Assembly (NCBI RefSeq): GCF_006345805.1
Contig: NC_043006.1
Coordinates: forward strand, 82,088,001 to 82,152,000
Direction: 5' to 3'
Source of the DNA: Octopus sinensis
Lineage: Eukaryota
Length of the DNA stretch: 64,000 bases
The notes beneath the pieces were generated by a model. That model did no database searches. It saw only the letters and a list, made by a program, of their open reading frames with translations, and was not told the DNA's origin. This document shows, one piece after another, positions 52,821 through 64,000 of this stretch. Position 1 is the stretch's first letter. Each line of letters opens with the position of its first letter. The position numbers and the translations under genes were made by a program.

Positions 52821-55800
52821 TACTGCCCCCTTGGCACCCAACGCTCTAATGGTGCTTTTTATGCGCCACTGGCATGGGTACCTGACAGACAGCACTGGCA
52901 TAGGCCATGACTATGATTTCACTTGATCTGACAGGTTTTCTCAAACATAGCATATCGCTCAACGTTTGAAGGATGCTTTTTACATGCCAGTTATGCGACA
53001 CTGGTATCGCCCATATTATATCTGTGTTTCAAAATTATTCTTTTAATTCATAAAAGTGATTGCATTACTTTCTTGTTCTTTATTTTAATTTCCACAATTG
53101 CATATGTTTACCAGGTAGTAATAAACTAATTCAGTTCTTATTTGAAGCTACTGCTCTCTTGGACAAGTCAAAACCCACATCTCACACATACATCCCATTT
53201 TTTTGCATGGCATCTATGGCTGAATGCATTTCCAAATACCAAACACTTTACAGAGTGTACTACATGCATCTTATTGGAGCACTAACACTGAAGCAGACGT
53301 CTTGTCCCTGTCTCTAGCAAGACTAAAGAGTCCTCTTTAACACATTGTCTGTTCATTTGCTCATTTGTATTTTTATGATTTATGATGCTTACTTTGTATT
53401 CTCCCCCATATTTTTCAAATGCAGCAATGCTGAGTAAACTGCCAAAAACTTTTTACAGCAATCTATGCAAAATACAGCGATTTCAAGTAATTATATAGTA
53501 ATTTGGGTATTAATAATCCCCAAGTAAGTTCAGGGTACAGCTGGCTGCATATAGTATTTTAAAATATATATATATAATATATTATAGAGAAACAGCAACA
53601 TGTATCCATACATATGTATATACCTTCATACATATTCACACCTGCACACACACCAACATTCATACTAAATTCTTTGTGATCATCACAAGGGTAGGAAGGT
53701 TACTAAGAGAAAAATCAACAAAAATACATCTATATTGTTAATTAGATAAAAACACAGCAGGGCTATGTTTTTTGAGATGGTTGGGGGAGGAGGAGAGTTT
53801 GTACAGTTATGATGAAAGAATGTGTTAAGAACAAGGAGGGGAATCAGTCTTAGGCTTTTGTTTTCCATGAAGCAAGATTAAATGGGAAGGGGGGTAGTTA
53901 AGGGGGTTCTTCTCTGATGATTGACAATTTGATTAAACGCAAATCTAAAGAAACTGGTCAAAACCCGAATTCTTTCCATCACTCTCAAAGAAAAATAAAG
54001 TGTGTTTATGTGTATATTTTTATCTATGTTTATACATAGTTTTGTATATGAGAGAGAATGAGAGAGAGAGAAAGACTGAGAGAGAGTGTATAAAATGAGA
54101 ATAGTTGCTTAAACAAACAGGATATAAAATCAGAACAAAAACAACTGTGAGTTACTGCCAAGGAAGAATGAATCTACATTCCCTGGATAATAACAACAAT
54201 AAAAATGAAAATAAAGTTTACCCTTGTATTATGGAGAGAAGGAACTCAAGTAATTCTTCAAACTGGTTTATTATTAAAAGCATTGAAAGAGTGAAGCATG
54301 GCAGTATAATGGTTATATTGATATTACACAGTACGTACATCACTTTACACGTTTTTAAGTTCAAATTTTTCCAGAGTTTCTTCCAGGGTTGATAGATGCA
54401 CAGTGCTAGATAATTACTTAATTTGGTTTAATTAATGAGTCGTTTTACTATGGCCTGATTAAAACCGATAGAGGTCCTAAGCACTTGAAAAATTTTGGTG
54501 CCTCTCTACATATGTAATTCAAAATATAAGCAATAATAAACCATAAAATGAATTTTTATTTTTCAGAGTGAAATAAAACTAACTGGAAAATAATGTTTAA
54601 TTTTGTATACTTCCATTTTATCTATATTTGAAAAGTTTTCTCCTATTGTTTCTTTAATTAAAAAGCCTTTAATTAAATCCTCTGTACATTTCGAAATTAT
54701 ATTTCCAATCATATAAACCACTTTAAATGTTATTTTAGCAAGTTTAAAGTGATTTCTTTTGTGCCATAAACCATTTACTTTTACTGTGGTTCCCCACTTC
54801 CCTTGATGCTCTAAGCACATGCTTTGCTGTATCTCACCCTTCCCTCTTCAGATTTGTGTCCTTCTGTCTCAATGCCCCATAGAAGCCATTATCTACCGCA
54901 GTGGTTCTTAACTAGAGTCCATATGATCCATGCACACACCATCTTAAGAAATACTGATACATTAGTGTGCAATTTAGGTTGATAAGAAGGGCAGTCAAGA
55001 ATATTCACTGCTGCTGCTGCTATTGTGGCTGCTGTGTTTGTTTCCAGGTTCTGCTGGAGCAGACCTATGATCAAACACACATTCCTAGCCATAGTCACAC
55101 TGCGAGTGTATTGTTGTTGTTGCTGTTGTTTGATTGTTTTTTTTGGGGGGGGCTTCTTTTTTCTTTTGCATCCAGACACACAACGTATCCGAGATAACAT
55201 TTATTCAGTGTATTATGTAGACATGTTGCTAACATTAGTCACAAAACATTAACTCCTGAACGAAGCATGTGACACAGATTACCTAACCATCAAAAGAGAA
55301 AATTGAATTAAAAATAAATTTAAAAAATATGTAAGCAGCCATGTTTCATTTATTGTCTACAGTAAAAAAAAAATAAAAAAGGAAGTAAAAAAGAAAAGTC
55401 ATTGACCTGTTTTGAAGGTAGTTTTGCTTTCAATACCTGAATGAACACCAATGCAAACACTAAGCAATGGTAATCTTGACAGCATGACTGCTGATCTCAT
55501 AACCCTATGAAACATGAGTGGTGGTGGTAGCAGCAGCAACACCAGTGGCAGCTGCTGCTGTTTTTGTTGATGATGTTTAGCCCCTAGATCAGCAGATCAA
55601 GCAGACCTGTGATCAAAGGTAATCTTAGTTGTAACAATCTCATCATATTTATCAAGGATTTTATCATTACATAACTATTTAAAGAGTCCTTTTTCAAAAG
55701 TGATAAGATGTAATCTACAGGAGATTTAGCTGCCATTTCTGGCAAATCAAATGACCATATTGAGGTTCTCCTCATTGGCTCAATTAAACTTGGTTTGCTG

Positions 55801-56245
55801 CAGTTGTTGATGTTGTTGTTGTTGTTTAGCTTCACATTATTGTCATGCTAAATCTTGCCAACTCTTACAAATACAGGTGGTGGGGGAGGAAACATGATTT
55901 ATTTCAACTTGGAATGCTGTTATTTTTATAGTTTAGCCCCAGGTCAGTCCTGATTGAGCGCACATATGTCATGTTGTTGATCAGTCAGTAAACTGTTGTT
56001 GTTGTTGTTGTTGTTGTTTGTTGTTGTTTGGCCTTATTTCAACACAGACTTGGAGAACCTTCTGTATTCTTTTGGAGAACATTCTGTATTCTTTTATTTG
56101 TTGGTCATCTGACTGTGGCCATGATGGAGCACTGCCTTTAGCTGAACAAATTGAGCACAGGAAATATTCTTTGCAAGCCTTGTACTTATTCTATAGGTCT
56201 CTTTTGCTAAACTGCTAAGTTACAGGGATGTAAACACACCAACAT

Positions 56246-56562
56246 CAGCATATGGCATAGTGGTTAAGAACACAGGCTACTAACCCCAAGATTCCAAGTT
56301 TGATTCCAAGCAGTGACCTGACTAATAATAATAACACTAAAAATAATAACACTAATAATAATAATAATAATAATAATGAAAAAATACCTTAGGAATACCA
56401 TTGAACCCAGGTTCAAAATTTCCCCAAGACACCTGAAGAAGTCTGGAGGGTATATCAGCCGAAACATTGTGTTAACTACAAACAAGATGAGGACAAATAT
56501 CTGTCAAATGCAAATAATATAAATAATGTACATAATTCCTCATCTCTTAAGTATAGAACTGT
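56246..56562 (+). mobile_element. tRNA-headed SINE carrying a hammerhead ribozyme, with 8-bp TSD
   Basis: A box TGGCATAGTGG (56253-56263), B-box-like GTTTGATTCC (about 56298-56307), (AAT)n spacer, HHR at 56428-56473; TSD ACCAACAT at 56238-56245 and 56563-56570, inside a minus-strand SINE B. Confidence 0.8.
56428..56473 (+). ncRNA. Minimal type I hammerhead (lightly decayed)
   Basis: GACAC-CTGAAGA-A-GTCTG-loop-CAGCC-GAA-ACAT-T-GTGTT; one helix II mismatch; helix III ACAT is one CpG-type transition from ACGT. Confidence 0.7.
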
Positions 56563-56614
56563 ACCAACATTGGTTGCCAAGTGATGGTAGAGGGACAAGC
56601 ACACACACACACAC

Positions 56615-56673
<59 letters not shown>

Positions 56674-56811
56674 AGGAGATGTACTCGCATAGCAAGTAAT
56701 TTGATCTGAAATCGTGTGCTGAAACGAAAACAATTGCAGCGTGGAAGGTGTTTATAAGCCATTTAAGAAACACACAAAAGCCGTTCGATTCACTTCAACA
56801 TTTAAGTTTAA

Positions 56812-56861
56812 TTTGTCAAAGTATTTTCGGCGCTAAAATCCGCGACCTGTTCACTGACAAA
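56812..56861 (-). ncRNA. Hammerhead-like motif with G3-C8 swapped core
   Basis: TTTGTCA-GTGAACA-G-GTCGC-GGATTTTA-GCGCC-GAA-AATACT-T-TGACAAA: perfect 7-bp helix I; in a CpG-rich element of about 230 bp (56674-56902) between AT repeats. Confidence 0.6.
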
Positions 56862-57481
56862 AATCCGTGCTGCATCTGAGAAAGTAACAGTTAGTTCGTC
56901 ATATATATGTACGTATGTATGTGTGTATGTATGCATACATGTGTGTATGTATGTATGTATGCATGTACGTACATACGCATGCATACACAGAAGACACTTG
57001 CCCAAGACGCCACACAGTGGGACTCAACCTGGAACCATGTGGTTGGTAAGCAAGCTATTTACCACACAGCCACACCTGTGCCTGAAACATCAGAACCAGG
57101 ATCTTTGTATATCTAGCACAACACAGTCTGATGTACACTTCTTTTTCCCAGGATATAATGTGAAATGAGAAAGAGATTTGGTTACAATTTCTCATGCAAC
57201 AAGTGACCACACAGAAGCTGACTCAACTCAGTCTGAATCTATTTATGTCTATCATGTGAGACATGATACATGAGAGAACATGGAATGTCCTCATGGTAGA
57301 CTGGCAAGGGAATTTTTTTTTTTAGAAAAAAAAGGAGGAATTGCATAGCTGTATGGTTAAGAAGTTTGCTTCACAACCACATGGCCTCGAGTTCAGTTCC
57401 ACTCAGCAGTATCTTGGGCAAATATCTTCTTTTGTAGCTTTGGCTTCAACCAATGCCTTGTGAGTAGATTTGGCATATATA

Positions 57482-57548
<67 letters not shown>

Positions 57549-57678
57549 TTCAGCAAAATTTAGATTCAAATGAATATGGTACTTAAGTTAGATGCACCAG
57601 AATTCTGTATGGTGTTATCTATATAAATCCATGGGGTGATTATAATCAAAATAAGCAACAAGAATAACTCTGGTAATT

Positions 57679-57764
57679 TAGTACGATCGTTTCGCACTAC
57701 ATCATTCTATTAAATGTTGTAAGTATTACAACAGTTTTAAAATGCTGAGCACTCATCAGCCATT
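57679..57764 (-). ncRNA. Minimal type I hammerhead with canonical core and long helix II
   Basis: TGG-CTGATGA-GTGCT..(CAGCATT/AATGATG, TTAAA/TTTAA, TGTTGTAA/TTACAACA)..AGTGC-GAA-ACGATCGT-A-CTA; in an element of about 340 bp (57546-57885) between (AT)n tracts. Confidence 0.75.
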
Positions 57765-57880
57765 GATAGAGGTTTTCCATTAATACATAATTTTCATATC
57801 AAGTGGTAACATTATAGAGAAGGTAGATATATAGACAAAGATATGGATTTAAATTTTAAGAACATTTGAGGTAGTGGAGC

Positions 57881-57916
<36 letters not shown>

Positions 57917-58230
57917 CACTCAGCATCTTGAGTTTCTACTTTGAAATTATTAAATATATATGTATATACATGTATGTGTGTGTATGTGAGTGAGTGCAAA
58001 CATGTGTGCATGTATGCATACCATTCCTTCAGTGTTCTACTTTGCTATAACCAGAAATGGCTCTGACAAAAGTTGCATTAATTTACTTAGACTGTTCAAT
58101 TTTTCTCAACTGATCAATAGACCAAATGAGTAAACCTATCAGTAACATACCTACAGTGACTACTGGAAATAGCTGTAGGTCAAATTTACTCTAATAAAGA
58201 AAATTATGTAATGGCCATTATTAATACCAA

Positions 58231-58461
58231 TTTATTTGCTACCCACAAGGGACTAAACACAGAGAGGACAAACAAGGACAGACAAACGGATGAAGTTGAT
58301 TACATCGACCCCAGTGCGTAACTGGTACTTATTTAATCAACCCCGAAAGGATGAAAGGCAAAGTCGACCTCGGTGGAATTTGAACTCAGAACGTAATGGC
58401 AGACGAAATACCGCTAAGCATTTCGCCCGGCGTGCTAACGTTTCTGCCAGCTCACCGCCTT
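58231..58461 (-). mobile_element. SINE A, full length
   Basis: Reverse complement of the 30733-30960 unit. Confidence 0.9.
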
Positions 58462-59943
58462 AATAATATCATTATTAATACTTTGTCATATATACATACC
58501 TTGTCATATATACATACACACACACACATACAGGTTCATAGATATACAATTGGGGGAAGGCATGGCTCTGCGGTTAAGAAGTTTGTTTCACAGCCATGTA
58601 GTTTTGAGTTCAGTCTCACTGCACAACACCTTTGGTATGTCTTCTACTGTAATCTTGGACCACCCAATGCCTTGTGAGTAGAACTGGTAGATGGAAAGCA
58701 TATGAAAGCCTATTGTGTGTGTCTGATAGTGTGTGTGAGAGTGTGTGTTTGTGTGTGTGTTTGTGTGTGCAGAGATAATGATACAAGTAAACAAATAAAC
58801 ATGCTTAGGCTTAATATATTATGTATACATACATATATACTTGTAAATATATACAGGGATATATATATAAAGACAGAGAGAGTGAAATAAAAATTGAAAA
58901 ATATTCAGAAGATGAACATTCATGTATAAGCATATAGATATTTATACAATCACAGAACAGATTTATATGGAATACAAAAGATACAGAAAACTATTGAGCT
59001 AGGACATGACATTTCAGGTCTGACAGAGGTTTCTTGGGGCTCGGAATTACGTAATAGTTGCATTGTTGGCAGATGGAGTGTGCAAAAACTCAAGTGTATG
59101 CAACCAGTAGTGGATGCATATGAGCATTATCGTAAATCTGGCTGCCATCTTCCAGACAGAGAGATTGGCATCTAATCAAAGTTAATGAAATAATATAAGT
59201 TAACAAGTAATAAGAAATTTTTTCTTCACCACACCTTTTTAATTTTAGTTAGATATTTGGTACTCCGTACAACACTGACATATGTGTTTGTTTAGATAGA
59301 CTGCAATGCTTGACTCAAAATATAAATGGTGCAATTATAAAATATTGAAGAAATGAATACTAGTCATAGTGAAATTACAAAATATTTCAAAAATGATGCC
59401 ACAATAACCCCTCTAACTGCTACTCCTCCTCCTCAACATCTTACTCTCATGGTTATAGTAAACATCAAATGAAATTAAATATTTTTCATATCCCTGAAGG
59501 GAACTAAAATATTCTGGTAATTTTTAAATAATTTTTATTATTAAATAAAACAAGGTCACAAAATAAGCCTGGCTAAAAATCTATGGCATTTCCATGTCTC
59601 ATGCGATGGTAGAACTACACCTAGAAAATATTGCTTCAGTCAGTTCTTGTTGGTTAGATCAAGGTGATGGAACTCTGAAATGGCCTACCCAGACAGCAGG
59701 CCAAAGTGCTAGGTTGTATGAAAGATCAATGCTGTCCTTGCATGTAAGCCTCCCCTATCCATGGCAACAATACTGTTCTTTGCAATAGGCAAGCACTAAT
59801 ACAGCTTGGCACCAGTGCTGCTGCAGGAGTTGCCAGAATGAAGAATAAGAACATGTCAGATTTCCATTGGGAATTCAGTAAATTGGATACTTTCTAAAGA
59901 AACAAAAAATGTTAATATTTCATATTTCTATATTCTTCATACA

Positions 59944-59974
<31 letters not shown>

Positions 59975-60871
59975 TAGGAAAGCCTTTTTTCTGTCAAGGG
60001 CTTGTATGCCCCTTTATTAGACTATTTTCCTTAGTCATTGCAAGGTGATTGTCATAAGCTTTAAGCTTATATAAAAATACCATTATTATTACTTACAGGA
60101 TTGTAAAAACAGCACCATATAAAAAAATCATTTGCACCAAAAGCATATATATATATATATAACTATACAAAAAACACATTCATGTATATACATATATACA
60201 CATACATTTTTAGTGGCTGTGTGATAAGAAGCTTGCTTCCCAACCACATTAGCAGTTTGGCAAAAGAGATCAATAGGATAAGTACTAGGCATACAAAGAA
60301 TAAGTTCTAGGGTTGATTTGTTTAACTAAAGGCAGTACTCCAGCATAGCCACAGTCAAATGACTGAAACAAGTAAAAGAATATATATACACACACACATA
60401 TACAAATTTACATACATACATACAATTACATATACATATTCAAGTAACTTAGCGGTTCGGCAAAAGAGACCAATAGAATGAGTACTAGTCTTACAAAGAA
60501 TAAGTCCTGGGGGTCGATTTGCTCGACTAAAGGCGGTGCTCCAGCATGGCCGCAGTCAAATGACTGAAACAAGTAAAAGGGTAAAGAGATATTTTGAAGA
60601 GCTGTTAGTGTTGAGACCTTATGGTCTCCGTTCTCTTTTCATTCTTAACAGCAACATCTGTAATGACTGTGGTGCAAAGCCATACTGTCCTTGGCCAACA
60701 TCTTTTTGGGGGCGGGATAAATATGGAGAGGAGAAGCATGCATACATGGGCAACATGTGTAAATACGTGGACAAACTTGGTCAGCAGAGGGGTTCGTATG
60801 TGCATGTGGGGGGGGGGGGGTACAGAGAGAGAGAGAGAGTACCAGTTTGCTACTCTCTATATAGAACACAG

Positions 60872-61108
60872 AAGGCGGCGAGCTGGCAGAAACGTTAGCG
60901 CACTGGGCGAAATGCTTAGCGGTATTTTGTCTGTCGTTACATTCTGAGTTCAAATTCCACCAACGTCGACTTTGCCTTTCATCCTTTCGGGGTCGATAAA
61001 TTAAGTACCAGTTTCGCACTGGGGTCGATGTAATCAACTTAATCCCTTTGTCTGTCCTTGTTTGTCCCATCTATGTTTAGCCCCTTGTGGGTAGTAAAGA
61101 AATATATA
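60872..61108 (+). mobile_element. SINE A with 14-bp TSD
   Basis: TSD TATATAGAACACAG at 60858-60871 and 61109-61122. Confidence 0.9.
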
Positions 61109-61751
61109 TATATAGAACACAGTACAGTATAAAAAAGAGACCAACAAATACATAGAAAAGTACCATATATTCAATTTCATATGACAGTTTTTTCCTAAAA
61201 AAGTCTTAAAAATTCCCCTTGGGTCTTATATGCAAATTTGGGCCTAGATTGCTTTAATACACTAAAAGATACCTTTTCCAAATATGAGCAGTTGAAATTG
61301 GAGTGCATTTAATATGCATGTGAATCTTTTATGCCATTAAATACGGCAGATTAATCAAGTCATTATCTGTTTATTTATTGGCTTTTATAAGGGCAAGTAA
61401 ATTTTAGTAAAATAAACTGCTTTGCTTTATCAAGGAGGTCTATGATTAACTTCTCTGTGTATTGACGACAAAGGAATTCTACTTTCATGATGTGAATTTA
61501 AGTTTTTACATTTGGAAGTGCTTTGAAGTTAGCTTTACCATAAATGATTGCTTCATAATAAATGAAGATGGAACCATTGTTTTCAGCAGAGAATCCTCTC
61601 TACTGCATGGAAATGGGCGTGCTGAAGCATAAAGAAAGGTTAGATCTTCTCAGTATGGAAGAGAGATCTAATATCCTCCCCCGCTCTCTTTCTCCCTCTC
61701 CCTTTCTCCCTCCTCTCTCCCTATCTGTTTCTCCCTCTCTCTTTTGCCCCT

Positions 61752-61888
61752 CTCTTGAACTCTCTCTCCAACGTTCTTTTCAACTTTCCCTAGTGGCACT
61801 TGGCGGCTATCAGACTCGGGGCCCGTATTTAACCTTGCATGGAGCTTACCACCTGCTTTGGGCTGCGTTCCCAAGCAACCCGACTCTC
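61752..61888 (-). pseudogene. 28S (LSU) rRNA fragment, 5' conserved region
   Basis: Minus strand GAGAGTCGGGTTGCTTGGGAACGCAGCCCAAAGCAGGTGGTAAGCTCCAT..AGGGAAAGTTGAAAAGAAC.TTG.AGAGAGAGTTCAAGAG is recognisably the conserved eukaryotic LSU segment; isolated, no other rDNA. Confidence 0.9.
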
Positions 61889-62159
61889 AGGCCGATGAAA
61901 AAACATTAATGATGATGTCAGTCATTGTGACTATGACTATTCCTGGCTTTGGTATGACTTGATAAGCTTTCTTAATACTGAAAGAATACAGAGGGTTACT
62001 AGTACAAATGTTTGGAAACTTAAGTGTTGATTGACTTTGAGCTGCTGTGACCATCAAGGTACAAAGCTAGGACAGCAAATGAAAAAAATTTCCTTCTGAA
62101 TTGAATGCAGATAAATAAAAGGGTCATGGCCACTACAGAGCAAGACATGGTGATGAAGC

Positions 62160-62545
62160 ACAGGTGATGATGAAGGTGGTGATCATGGTGGAGGTAACAA
62201 TTGTGGTGGTTGGGGGTGGGAGGGTGGCAGGATATGCAGCAACAGGGGAGGTCACAGAAGCCTGTGATGTCATTCATTCCTATTTACACAGATTGACAGC
62301 AGTGATGATAATAGTAGTGGAGATAATGGTAGTGGTGGTATTGGTGGTGGTGGTAGTGGTGGTGGTGGTAGTGGTGGTGGTGGTGGTGACAGCAGGAAAG
62401 AGGGAGGCTAATGGTAGAGATGCTACTAGTTCTAGTTAGGATGATTGACAGCAATGATAGTGTTATCACTGGTGGTGGTGGTGGTGGCAATTTGTAGGTG
62501 GTAGTGGTGGTGGTGGTGGTGGTGGTGGTGGTGGTGGTGGTGAAG
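62160..62545. repeat. (GGT)/(GAT)/(GTA)-rich trinucleotide low-complexity tract
   Basis: Directly visible. Confidence 0.9.
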
Positions 62546-62712
62546 GCAGCAACCCAACAGATTACAAGGGTCCCTGCTGGTAATGACAGAGCTGAGAATG
62601 GTATGTATTTATGTATATACTGGTGGTGATTGTCATGTGATTGTGGTGGTTGTGTCAAGAGGAAAGGAGTTGGTATTATTACATTAGAATTCTTTTGTCT
62701 CTCCCCACCCCC

Positions 62713-62748
<36 letters not shown>

Positions 62749-63950
62749 TTCACATACCACTCCTCATCTATGAAATATGGATGATTAGAATGAGTTATTA
62801 ACAACAGTAAAGGAATATTTTCCTTCCAAAACATTGACCCATCTAACCCCTCTCTGGTCCCCCTATTTTCTTCCTCAACCAAAATATCTACAAAACATGC
62901 CGATGGACCACCTCTTTATGATCAACCAATCTGCAAGATGGAAGTAACAGCCTGAATTCCCCCCTCAAATCACCATGCCCAAATGCCTTAAAGGATTCTT
63001 CCTGCTATAAGCGCAAGGGCTTGAAATTTGTGGGGGAGGGTTAATAAATCAATTAAATTGACCCCCAGTACTCAACTGGTACTTATTTTATTGACTCCAA
63101 AAGAATGAAAGCTAAAGTTGACCTTGATGGAATTTGAACTCAGAAAGTAAAGCCAAAATAAATACCATAAAACATTCTTTTATTTAAGATGGATCCTGAT
63201 ATGCAGACAGACAGGATGGTCATGGTTGGAATGTCTTTGATCATTAGCTCTGCTTTGATGTGGTGCGAAACATAAACCATAAGAACACTAATGAAAACAT
63301 AATCATAATGAATACCCAATGCCCAAATCACTAACAGTCATCATAATAATGTTTTTTCTATCTATTTATTACAAGGAAGGTTAATTGGAAAAAGTCAGAA
63401 AGCAAGAGAGAAGGGAGAAAGAGGAGGAGAGGGGAAGAGAGAGGGAAGAGAAAGGGAAGAGAGAAACAGGTGTTATTGTGTTTGCTGCCTATATGCATAT
63501 GTTGTGTGTGAGTTTTCTGTTATGTTTGATTCATAAATCAGCGATCTTTTGAACATCCTAAGTATTATCTCGGGGCCTTTTGGTAGTAAGAGAGATCACA
63601 CTTTTACTCTACTGGTTGTACATAACCTAACCTATCTACTGATTCTATCTGAAGTAAAGAACTACATAAATAGTAGCTTTACTTTGAACATGCACACCTA
63701 CAAAATCCATGTGTCTAAATTGCAGGTGTCTGTTGCGCAGGTGTTCTGCGTTATTTCATTAACTATGTAATTTTATTGCTGTATAATATATTACATATAA
63801 TATATTATGTAGAAAAGGAAGTTCACAACTTCATAGCTTCGCATGGTATGGGAGAAGAGGTGTCTGAGACATTTTGAAACTGACACTTTATCTTAGAAAA
63901 AAATAAATGTTTTTTGTCTGATAAAATTTACACACACACACACACACACA

Positions 63951-64000
63951 CGAGGTGTTCAGGATAAATTTGACGATTTTCTTATGCTTCCTTTTATTTT
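63951..64000 (+). mobile_element. Possible start of a mariner-type MITE at the window edge
   Basis: CA|CGAGGTGTTCAGGATAAA resembles mariner (TA)CGAGG termini; the partner TIR would lie outside the window. Confidence 0.3.

Noticed and set aside
59051-59171. Candidate minus-strand exon with good AG/GT sites (ANLSVWKMAARFTIML...)
   Set aside because: No recognisable protein; with 59590-59870 (GAKLY*CLP..DRGGL, resembling the RLYLPR..GGRGL motif) it is plausibly a decayed R4/Dong-like LINE. Unresolved without BLASTX.

Overview
AT-rich, microsatellite-dense, repeat-dominated eukaryotic DNA with no host protein-coding gene I can support (intronic or intergenic). The SINE repertoire and repeat landscape suggest a coleoid cephalopod, probably an octopus (inference). 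Contents: several tRNA-derived SINE families, which I label A, A', B, C and E, plus an RTE-tail repeat D; decayed LINE fragments (RTE, CR1-like, R4/Dong-like); a Penelope-like element (PLE) 3' portion with an open GIY-YIG endonuclease frame; hAT and Tigger transposase relics; piggyBac, hAT and mariner MITEs; non-autonomous Helitrons; large foldbacks; and a 28S rRNA fragment. Main discovery: five reasonably well-formed and one decayed minimal type I hammerhead ribozyme (HHR) motifs, in different short elements mostly set in (AT)n tracts, all with palindromic or near-palindromic helix III. One has a G3-C8 swapped catalytic core; one lies inside a tRNA-headed SINE with an 8-bp TSD. Almost all listed ORFs are microsatellite or SINE artefacts. 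Coordinates were counted by hand (repeat edges are approximate) and family names come from motif recognition, not database searches.
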